From contig OX597828.1 of the NCBI GenBank assembly GCA_951406725.2, forward strand, positions 77,748,001 through 77,812,000: 64,000 bases of DNA. The letters run 5' to 3'. A program made the translations under genes and the position numbers. Below, piece by piece: positions 26,290 through 38,700 of the stretch. The number at the start of each line of letters is the position of its first letter. Within the stretch, counting starts at the first letter, position 1. Under the pieces are notes generated by a model, which saw nothing but the letters and a program-made list of their open reading frames with translations, was not told where the DNA came from and made no database searches. The stretch is from Octopus vulgaris (taxonomy: Eukaryota).

Positions 26290-27576
26290 TAGCAGTATCG
26301 CCCGGCGTTGCTCGGGTTTGTAAGGGAAATAACTATATAAGCATTTTTAGAGAGTTATAGCCAAATTATAGCAAAAAAATGCATTAAAAATGGAAAAAAA
26401 ATTAAGGTAAATTTTTTTTTTTTAAATCATTGACACATCGTAGATATTTTTAGAGAGTTACTTCCCTTATATAATAGCGAAAAAAATGCATTAAAATGGA
26501 AAAATATGATGGTAAATTTTTTTTAAATCGTAGACTCATCATAGACGCGCGCTAATACCCAGAAGGGCTCGATATGAATCACGACTATAAGATACCCGAA
26601 TTTGGTTAAACTGCACCGCAAAATGTGGGAGTAGTTACGAATCTAAATCGTAGGAGACAGACACACAACTTCACTTTTATATACAAAGATATAAGCCACG
26701 TAGTTATATACACATACTTTGTTATATACACATTCTTAAAAGAAAATGTTATTTTGAACACAACATTTATAAAGAATAAAATATTTTTTGTTTTTTTTTT
26801 TAAACGGATGCATACATTTATTAATAACTATATATAAGTGTCGTCTGTTTATACATAAACACTGTTTCATACTGCAATTATATATACATATATCTATATA
26901 TAATATTATATAATAAAATATATACAGAATATGTGTATATATTTATGTATGTATAAATATATACTGAAAGAAGCTCGGCTCGCCAATTAATACTACCAAA
27001 ATTTAACGACAGAAAGTAAATTAAAAACCAATTTACCTTTTCTGTATTGTTATAGCAATTCGACCGTCCGTGTGTCTTTGCAAATGTGTTGGAATGAGAA
27101 GTGAGTTGTGTTTGGCGCCTTTTTTACTAATAACAAACACACACGTGTCTGTATGTAGTTGTTTGAAACGTTTGTGTTTGTCACTGTCATATATGTATGT
27201 GTATGCGTGTGTGAGGAATGACACACACACACTCACGCACACACACATGTACATCAATGCTTTCGGAGTGAAATGTTAAAATATTGAGTTTTCTCGAATT
27301 TTGTCTTAATTGGGGGTAAAATTGAAAGAAATTTTGTATGGCATGACCCAATGGAAGTACTTTGAAAAATCATGGGTAAACTTTAATTGAAGAAATTGTG
27401 TGAGGAGTAAATCGTTATGTATTTATTTGTTTCTGTTTGCTGTGTCTTTTTTTTTTTAGTAGTGGTTTAAGGTACACTTCACTCGTTTTATCGAAATAGT
27501 TTCACTTTAATCGTTGCAAACTTGCAAAGAGAAAGGAGTAGAAATTAGAGTGATAGCGTGAGTGAAGCAGATCGCT

Positions 27577-27617
<41 letters not shown>

Positions 27618-30600
27618 ATAGCCCACACTAAGAAAAGCACTTGACTTACACACCACAATGTGAGTTTTCTCTAAATTTTGCTTAATTGGGGTTGAAATTT
27701 TAAAAACTGGACCTGGCACGACCCGATTTATTCTACTCTTAAAAATGCTAGGTAAATTGTAATTGAAGAAATCCTATATTGTAGATTTCTATAAGAGACA
27801 AAGGGAGGCAGATAAAATCTGCCTTTTATAATAAGAGATATATATATATGTAGTAGAAGCACCATCCGAGCGTGATCATTGCCAGTGTTGCCTTACTGGC
27901 ACGTGAAAAACAACATTCGAGCAAGGTTGTTGCCAGTGCTGCCAGACTGGCTCCCATGCAGGGGGCACATAAAAAACACCTTTTGAGCATGGCCACTGCC
28001 AGAACCGCCTGACTGGTCCTCATGCAAGTGGCACGTAAAAGCACCCACTACACTCTCGGAGTGGTTGGCATTAGGAAGGGCATCCAGCTGCAGAAACTTT
28101 GACAGATCAGATTGGAGCAGTCTTCTGGCTCGCCAGTCCTCAGTCAAGCCGTCCAACCCATGCCAGCATGGAAAGTGGATGTTACAATGATGATGATGAT
28201 GATGATATAATTAAATGTCTATTTCCCTGAAATCAGACAATTTGTTTTTTTAAAACTCACTTTTATTTATGTTTATCATGTTTAATATGTGTTAACATCA
28301 TGTTTAATGGGTGTTAAAATGTATAAATTTTTAATTGTTTATAATTTTTCTTTTTTTTTTATAAAATTTTCTTTTCATTCCTGTTGGATCCTGCTTATCT
28401 ATCCATGACAACTTTTTCCCAACTTGACTGCAATCATTTTCTCCACCTCTGTTCCCAAGATGGAGCAACAGTTTAACTGAACTAAAAGAATGCTTTCAAT
28501 TCGCAGTGAGGGCAATAATTTTTTAAGTAATTGCTGACAGGAAAGGCATCCAGTCATAGAACCCATTCCAAAAGAGAAGACGTGGACACAGCAGGCCATA
28601 TTGCAGACTGCCTACTAAGAAAACAATAACTGCAAATAGATATAGGTACACAGGTAATGGGATCCTTTACTGCCCTTTACCGGGGGAGGGGGTCTCTATA
28701 ATGCCACTGACTTCTTTTGTATTGTAAAACCAATATTGAGTTAGTTTTCTCTTGCTTCTACACGTGTGTACAACATGTTGCAGGCTGGGATATGCTATCC
28801 AACCCACACCAGCATGGAAAAGACAGTTGTATGATGGTGGTGGTAGTGGTGATGATGATGATGACATGAAGGTAATAGGGATGACATGATGATGATGATG
28901 ATGACGGTGGTAATAATGATGATAATGGTGATGATAAAGATGATAATGATGGTGGTGGTGGTGATGATGATATAGAAATAACATTTCCTCTTACCAATAT
29001 GTCATCACAGATACTTTTCATCACCCACACTTTCCTGTAAAAGCTCAATTGGTGATATTTCTTATTTCTAAGTGGATTCCTTTTACCTAAAACAAAAAGA
29101 GAAATGGTCAAACAAAAAGAAATACAAATCATTTAATGGAAAATAAAACCAGCCAAAAATTAAATAAGAGCCATGTCCTACAAGTAAAGAAATAAGATTT
29201 TCAGGCAGTAAATACACACACACAGGGGTTCCAAAAGGGGTCTCAGGGAATAATGTCCCTGCCTTCCTGAGCTAGTTTTCCACCAGATTCCCTAACACAT
29301 CGTGGTAGGGGCCTTGGTCTCGGGACCACTCATGCCTAGAAACTGAGGTTGGGGGTAAGCAAGAGCATGCTCCCCGTAGAAAAATCCAGCTATGATAAGG
29401 CCTCATGATAATAGCAAAGGAGAATGGGCACCAGCCAGCTCAAAGGTTGGAGTGGGCTGCACCTGCCTACCTCGGTTGCTATGGCATTGAGGAAGATCCA
29501 GCCACCCCTGTTAATGGAGACAAAACCTGGATTTAAAAGACTGGATGATGATGATAATGACACACATACACAATTGGTTTCTTTCAGCAGCACAAGGTTT
29601 TGGTCAACTATTGTAGAAGACAACATTTCGGCTGATATACCCAGGTTCAAAATTTCCCCAAGACACCTGATGAAGGCTGGAGGGTATATCAGGTGAAACA
29701 TTGTGCTAACAACAAACAAGATGAGGACAAATATCTGTCTAATGTAAATAATGGTACTTAATTTATCGACCCTAAAAAGATGATAGGCAAAGTCGACCTC
29801 AGCAGAATTTGAACTCAGAACGTAAAGGCAGATGTACAATTCTAAAAATATTACTTAACCAACAATGCAATTTCATGAGGAAAGTTATTAGAGTGATCTC
29901 ATTTGTATGAAGTTTAAAGTTTGGAACATTCCCAGGAGAAACCAGAAATGAGATGGAAAAAGTGAGCCTGAAGCAATCCCTTTCACACGAGCCACTCACA
30001 AGGAGTTTGCTTTTTAAAGATATAAAGCTAAGCACTTATTCTTTTGTTTGTTTCAGTCATTCAACTGCAGCCATGCTGGAACACTGCCTTTAGTCAAACA
30101 AGTCAGCCTCAGGACATATTTTATCGGTCACTTTTGATGAACTGCTAAGTTACAGGGACATAAACACAGTTGTCAAGTGATGGTGGTGGGCTAAACACAG
30201 ACACACAAACTTTGTGTGTGCGTGTGTGTACATATATATATATTCCTATCTTTTCTCTACGAAATTTAACCCTTTAATCCTTCAATCCTTAATTTCCATC
30301 TTTTCCGCCATTCGGCGGTGCCCCCGCCCTCCCACCAATACCGGTGAACACTTCTCACCCCCACCACCAATACCGGTGAACACTTCTCACCCCCACCACC
30401 AATACCGGTGAACACTTCTCACCTCCACCACCAATACCGGTGAACACTTCTCACCACCAATACCGGTGAACACTTCTCACCCCCACCACCAATACCGGTG
30501 AACACTTCTCACCCCCACCACCAATACCGGTGAACACTTCTCACCTCCACCACCAATACCGGTGAACACTTCTCACCCCCACCACCAATACCGGTGAACA

Positions 30601-32005
30601 CTTCTCACCCTCCCACCACCAATACCGGTGACCACTTCTCACCACCCCCACCACCAATACTGGTGAACACATCTCACCACCAATACCGGTGAACACTTCT
30701 CACCATCTACACCGGATATGCCCTCCTCCTCCCCCACCACCATTGCGTGTGTCTCTCCCTCCTACCCCTCCTTCACATATGCTTTCACTGTGTACTACCC
30801 CTTCCCCCCCACCAAGTCAAGCTGCTAGCATCGCAGCTCATTAACTGCCCCACTGATCTTACGTTACCTCCTGTTTAGAATCTGGCACTGCCTCAATCCG
30901 ACCATCTCCTTCCAGTCCCCTCCCCGTCTCGTGATATCCTACGTTTTATTTCTGCACCAACCCTTTCCTTGTCATCGTTCCTCCTTACCCAACCTTCCCC
31001 ACTGGTGCTTCCCTTTATTACCTGCACCCCCCCACTATCTCTCCCTCTCTTTCCACTGGTGGAACCTTTCTCAGCTAGACCCTCCCCCCAACTCAACTCT
31101 AGAAAAAGCTCGAACCAATCGTGACCGTTGCCGGACCCCCCGGCCCCTGTGCAGGTGGCACGTAAAAAGCACCCAATCCACTCGCGGAGTGGTTGGCGTT
31201 AGGAAGGGCATCCAGCCGTAGAAACTCTACCAGATCAGACTGGAGCCTGGAGAGGCCTCTGGCTTCCCAGACCCCGGTCAAACCGTCCAACCCGTGTTAG
31301 CGCGGAAAACGGACGTTAAACGATGATGATGATACATGCACGACAGGTTTCTGTCTATCAAATCCACTCACAAGGCTTTGGTCAGCCCATGGCTATAGTG
31401 GAAGACACTTGACCAGGGTGTCACACAGTGGGACTGACCCCGGAACCATGTGGTTGCAAGGCCTCACCACACAGCCACACCAGCACCCATCTTCAAAAAT
31501 ATTTTCAAATGTCAAATATTTTAATGGTAAAGCAGGCTCAAATGGCCAATAGCTGAGCAATCGGAAACAAGGTGACTCAGAACATCAGTTCCAATGGATT
31601 AATACTCTGCATACAGGTTCCTGACTTCTCTACTTCATCATTGCTTCTTGTAAATCAACAGAGATTCATGTGTGTCTATTGAGAAAGAGACATATGCACA
31701 CACACACACACACAAGAGCCAACAACAACAAATCCCTAAAATTGCAGCTCAAATTGCTGGAAATAGCACCCAAATTTGCATTAAATCACACACTTTCATC
31801 TTGAAAAAGAAATCCCAAACTTCCATAAGATTATAATAGTCTTAAATATATTATTTCTAAGAAAATATAATGTAATTATGTCTGAAAGGCCTTTGATGAT
31901 GTCTGCCTTATGATGGCTGGCCTAGGGCTAAACAACAAGATTATATTGTCATCATCACAGACACTTATACGTGCAGCTCTTTTACATGGCACCATATAAG
32001 CTCCT

Positions 32006-32040
<35 letters not shown>

Positions 32041-32064
32041 CACACACAATATTTACATATATTC

Positions 32065-32104
<40 letters not shown>

Positions 32105-34253
32105 TCACTTGGCTCGGTGGGTCTTCTGCTCAAGCAGAGTATATTGCTGAAGGTGCTGGCCGTTTGTCATTGCCTCTGTGAGTCCCAATGCTTTAAAGAT
32201 GCTTTTTACATGCCACCGGCACCAACATCAACCACATTGCCTCTGTGGGGCCCAAGGCTTGAAAGCTGCCTTTTACATGTCAGTTACGTGACACCAGTAT
32301 TGGCCACAACTACGATTTCACTTGGCACAATGGGTCTTCTTAAGCACAGCTTATCGCCAGAGGTCTCAATCACAAGTTGTTGCCTCTGTGAGGCCCAACG
32401 GTCAAAGAGATCAGGCTTCACCACTTTGTTCCATGTCTTCCTGAGTCTACCCCTTCCACAGGTCCTTTCCACAATTAGAGATCAGCACTTCTTCACACAG
32501 CTGTCCTTGTCCATATGCATCACATATATATGTACAGGGTTGTTCAAAAAGTTTCTCTGCAGTAAGTAATTTATTGCAAAATAAATACTTATAAGATGTT
32601 ATAAGACTACAAAAGAATATATTAGACTTTACAAGACTTTAAAAAAAACTTTATAGGAGGTGTTGAAAGTGTCGTCCTTCATTTTCAATACATAACTTGA
32701 CTCTTCTACACATGTTTTGAAATACATCTTGGTGAAAAAAATTCACTGTGGAGAGACTAGCAACATTTTCCTTTTATGGCAAAATATACACATAATTCAA
32801 TAAAATTATGAAGGTTACTCTGATTACTATGCATAAAACACAAACTATTTTATATTTTTGTAGATTAGGAAGGCATAAATCTCCCCTGCTTTTCAATCTC
32901 AGTATTTCAGCTACGCATAGCACTACTGTAGTACACATGCTGTCTACACTCCCATAACACAGTTTTCCTGGCATGCTATAAAGGCAGAAGTAAATCTGCC
33001 TTCAACTCAGTCGCATGCCTGGATTTCGCTTATTTTTAGTGTGTTTTACTACATAAAGGTCGCCAACTGCCTACCCTGAGTAATTACTGATGGCACGTGC
33101 CTGATATATATATACATACACACACAAAGATATATATATCATCATCATCATCATCATCGTTTAGCGTCCGCTTTCCATGCTAGCATGGGTTGGACGGTTC
33201 AACTGGGGTCTGGGAAGCCAGAAGGCTGCACCAGGCCCAGTCTGATCTGGCAGTGTTTCTATGGCTGGATGCCCTTCCTAACGCCAACCACTCTGTGAGT
33301 GTAGTGGGTGCTTTTTACGGGCCACCGGCACAGGTGCCAGACGAGGCTGGCAAACAGCCACAATCGGATAGTTCTTTTTACGTGCCACCGGCACGGAGGC
33401 CATGATCGGATGATGCTTTTTATGTGCCACTGGCACGGAGGCCAGTCGGGGCGGCGCTGGCAACGGCCACATTCGGATGGTTCTCTTACATGCCACCGGC
33501 ACTGGTATCACAGCTACAATTTCCATTGATGTTGATCGATTTAGATTTTCACTTGCTTCAATAGGTCTTCACAAGTAGAGTTTTGTGTCCCAAGAAGGAA
33601 AGGTATGCATAAGTGGACTGGCTACATCCCAGGTAGAGGCCACGGGTTATGGTCTCACTTGTCCTGCCAGGTCTTCTCACGCACAGCATACTTCCAAAGG
33701 TCTCGGTCTCTAGTCATTTCCTTGGTGAGACCTAAAGTTCGAAGGTCATGCTTCACCACCTCGTCCCAGGTTTTCCTGGGTCTACCTCTTCCACAGGTTC
33801 CCTCAACTGCTAGGGTGTGGCACTTTTTCACACAACTATCTTCATCAATTCTCGCTACATGTCCATACCAGCGCAAACGTCTCTCTTGCACACCGCAACT
33901 GATGCTTCTTAGGTCCAACTTTTCTCTCAAGGTACTTACACTCTGTCGAGTATGAACACTGACATTACACATCCATTGGAGCATACTGGCTTCATTTCTT
34001 GCAAGCTTATGCATATCCTCAGCAGTCATGGCCCATGTTTCACTGCCATGTAGCATGGCTGTTCGTACACACGCATCATACAGTCTGCCTTTTACTCTGA
34101 GCAAGAGGCCTTTTGTCACCAGCAGAGGTAAGAGCTCTCTGAACTTTGCCCAGGCTATTCTTACTCTAGCAGTTACACTTTCAGCACACCCGCCCCCGCT
34201 ACTGACTTGGTCACCTAGGTAACGGAAGCTATCAACTACTTCTTGGAATGTGT

Positions 34254-34296
<43 letters not shown>

Positions 34297-34515
34297 GATA
34301 TATATATATATACACAATGATATACATACCCATCACTTTATAGGCAAATGGATCAAGCCCTAATTTTTCAGCTGCCTGGAAAGAAAAATATATTAAAAAA
34401 ATAATAATAATGATAATAATAATAATAATATTAGGGAATATAACTCCAAACTTACAGGGAAAAATTCAATTTAATATTAAATCAAATTTCACAATATAAA
34501 TATATTATATATATA

Positions 34516-34562
<47 letters not shown>

Positions 34563-35691
34563 TATATATATATATAATTTCTAAAACAAGAATAAAAACA
34601 AATATATAAAACAATTCTCAGATTAATCTATCATATTCTTTTACTGGTTAGTCATTGGAGCGTGGCCATGCTGGAGCACCACACTTAAGGGATTCAGTCA
34701 ATCACATAAGCACTTGTATTTGTATTTCAGTTTTGTGCCTCTATTAACAATCCATACATATCAAATCATGCAATTACTTTTAATAAGGAAGACAACAACT
34801 GTGAACACAACCACAGACATCAACATACAATAGGCTTCCACACAGTTTCCATTTACTGAATCAGTTAAGAAGAGGATACAGTGAAAAGCACTTCTCCAGA
34901 GTGAGACTGAACCTAGAACTCAATCAAATGACTATGCCAGTATCTGATTTTACGATTTGTTTTTTTCATTCTTTTAAATGTTTCAGTCATTTGACTGTGG
35001 CCATGCTGGAGCACCACATTCAAGGGTTTTAGTCGAACAAATCGACCCCAGGACTTTTTTTTAAAGTCAAGTACTTATTATATTGGTCTCTTTTCGCCCA
35101 ACTGCTAAGTTACAGGGACATAAACACACCAGCACTGGTTTTCAAGCAGTGATTGGGGGGGGCAAACAGACACAAAGATACACACACACACACACATAGC
35201 TATATACGTATATATAAACAACAGACTTCTTTCTGTTTCTGTCTACCAAATCCACTTACAAGGCTTTGCTTGGCCTGAGGTTATGGTAGAAGACACTTGC
35301 CTAAGGTGCCACACAGTGGGACTGAACCCGGAGCCATGTGGTTGGGAAGTAACCTTCTTACCGCACAGTCATACCTGTGCTAATGCGTACCTTCAATTTC
35401 TACAATATCCATGAATAGCATTGTTAGCAATATTTATGAAGGAGACAATGACCAGGGAGTATCTGTGTCAGTTGGGCTGAACAAATATAACACAAGGTAT
35501 TATATGTTTAAAATCTTATTCTGCTGGGGCACAACTTTGAAGAGGAGTTTTGGTTGAACAAATCATCGCTGGTACTTATTTTCTTTTTATATGTAGTACT
35601 TATTCTATCGATCTCTTATGCCAGACCACTAAGTCACAGGAGACATAAGCAAACAAACACCAGTTGTCAAACAGTGGTGGGGGCAAATGGA

Positions 35692-35732
<41 letters not shown>

Positions 35733-38700
35733 TAGCAGTATCGCCCGGCGTTGCTCGGGTTTGTAAGGGAAATAACTATATAAGCATTTTTAGAGAGTTA
35801 CTTCCTTTATAGATGCCAATTCGGGCTTTCTTAGCCATTTCTGTTTTGGTGTCTTCAAGCCATGAAGTCGTTGTTCTAAAAGAACGCTGGTCTCCTTGAC
35901 AACGCTTTACGACGTTGATTTCCTTATACTCCTTCCCCACAGCTTCACGAGGGAGGGAAGAAGGGGAGAAGCAAACACTGCTGCAGGTGTTTGAGCGTGG
36001 ACGCCAACTCCGCCGCCATCGACACACGAAAAATTATGCATTAAAATGGAATAAAAAATGTTAAATTATTTTTAAAATCGTAGACTCATCGTAGACGCGC
36101 GCTAATACTCAGACGGGCTCGATATGAATCACAACTATAAGATACCCGAATTTGGTTAAACTGCACCGCAAAATGTGGGAGTAGTTAGGAATCTAAATCG
36201 TAGGAGACAGACAGACAGACAGTGTGTGTGTGTGCATTATGTCACCAATGGTTCAAGCAACATTTAATATACGTAAACAAAAAGTTAAATACACAAACAA
36301 CGAGAAAAAAATGGAAAACAGGACAAGTAAACACAGAAAAAGGACCCTTCATCAGTTGTCAACTGTCTAACTACTCCTCATTTCAAGCATTCAACGACAA
36401 TATGAGTGTTCAAAGACAGCTGCTCCCATAAATTCTAAAATGAAATTCAGGATTTATGGAGGATCCAAATTGGGAACAAAAACACAACAGTGGAGACATC
36501 CAAGGAAACCAAACGAAAACAAACATGGAGGGTCGTTAGACCAGAACAAGAGGAAAATAGTGAACGCTGTGAGAAATACACACACACTACAAGCTTCCAC
36601 TCAATTCTGCCCCGCAAATTTACTCAGAGGGCATTGGTTAGCTCAGGGTTTATAGAAGGAGATACTTGCTGAAGGTGCCATGCAGTGGGAATGAACCCGA
36701 AGCCACATGCTCACAAAGTGAGTTTTTAAAAGCACAAAACCATGTGTTGCAAAAAGGTTATTGATTTCCTCACTGATGTTCATGTTTCTGACAATTATAC
36801 ATCATTGAATGATCTAACTCATACCTATCACCACCACCATCATTATTTAACGTCCATTTTGTATGCCGGCAGGAGTTGGATGATTTGTGAGGATCTGTTG
36901 AGCAGCAGGGCTGCACTGAGCGCCAGCATCATCTTTAGCATGGTCCCTATGGCTGGATGTCCTCCTTTATGCCAACCACACTATAGTATGTACTGGCTGC
37001 TTTTGTTTCAAATTACCGGCGCTAGTGAGGCCACTAAAATAACTAAGTTGCAAAACAGGAGAGAAGAAGGAAAGGAGAAAAGGGAAAGGTCACAGGCACA
37101 CTCTAAACTCCCTCGCTTGAGTAGCAGAGAATATTTGAGGGGGCAAAGGTTTTATGCCATGCGTTGTGAGGTTAAAGAATGACAGAGACACAAGCACAAA
37201 GGAGTTGCTTTTTCATACTGGCATCGGTTGGATGGCATGCAATAATCAATTAATCAAGGACCAAATCTTATAGAAACAAAGGTTCAATATCAAGTCTTCA
37301 TATTATTTACATTATTTACATTCGACGGATATTTGTTCTCCTCTTGTTTGTTGTTAACACCACGTTTTGGCTGATATACCTTCCAGCCTTCATCAGGTGT
37401 CTTGCAGAAATTTCGAACCTGGGTTCTCATTCCTAAAGTATTTTTCCTCAATCCTAAAGTATTTTTTGTTGTTGTTATTTTTATTATTATTGTTGTTGCT
37501 GTTGTTGTTTATTATTTTTGTTGTTGTTTATTATTATTATTGTTGCTGTTTATTATTATTATTATCATTATTCAGGTCACTTCCTCAAGTCTTGATACTA
37601 AAACATTCAGACTAAAACATCAAAACATGGGTCTTCTACACAAGACATTGATATTCAAGTATCAGGAATGAAAAGTACCAACAATATAAAATAACTAATA
37701 CAAACTTGTTACCTTATAGGTATCACCGTTATAAGCTTCAAGTACATCATACCAATTCTTGACCTTCTGTCGTAATTTTTCTTCCCAAACCCTGTAAGGC
37801 ATCCGGTAACGATGATTATGAAGTCTAGTAATAAAGTACACAAGAAACAACTTAGAAATAATGTCCAGCATTGCATTGTGATGTTGCATAACATAAAAGA
37901 CTCGATCATTATGTATGTTAGCAATTCTTAATTTCATATTCTCTTGAGAGCATCGTGAGTTCAGAGGGGAGTGACAAGCATGGAGGAGGGGGCTGAATGT
38001 TTAGAAAACATTCATAACTTTCTTACAAAATAAAAAAAAAATCATCATCATCATCGTTTAACGTCTGCTTTCCATGCTGGCATGGGTTGGACGGTTCGGC
38101 CGGGGTCTGGTAAGCCATGAAGGCTGCACCAGGCTCCAGTCTGATCTGGCAGTGTTTTTACAGCTGGATGTCCTTCCTAACGCCAACCACTCCGTGAGTG
38201 TAGTGAGTGTTTTTTACGTACCACAGGCACAGTTGCCAGACGAGGCTGGCAATGGCCACAATCAGTTGGTGCTTATTAAGTGCCACCGGCACGGAAGCCA
38301 GTCAAAGCAGCACTGGCATCAGCCATGTTTGGATGGTGCTTTTTACATGCTACCGGCACGGGTATCACAACTACAATTTCCATTTGATTTGTATGTGATG
38401 TTGATGTACTTGATCAATCGGTCTCTTCAAGCACAGCAGGTCACCCCACGATCCAAGATAAGCACAGCAGGCCGTCCTGCAATCCAAGGTACTTTGAATG
38501 GGCTGGGGCTGGTTATGTGAAGCCGGTGTCGGATACAGCCAAGAACTCATTTTATTTGTCAGGTCTTCACGGTCACAACATATCTCCAGAGGTCTCGGTC
38601 TTTCGTCATTGCCTCTATGAGGCCCAACGTTCGAAGGTCATGCTTGACCACCTCATCCCATGTCTTCCTGGGTCTACCTCTATCCCGGATTCCTTCAACT

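Noticed and set aside
36240-36580. Minus-strand GACAA-CTGATGA-AGGG as another hammerhead
   Set aside because: No partner stem II strand or GAAA found downstream; may be a truncated repeat but cannot be supported.
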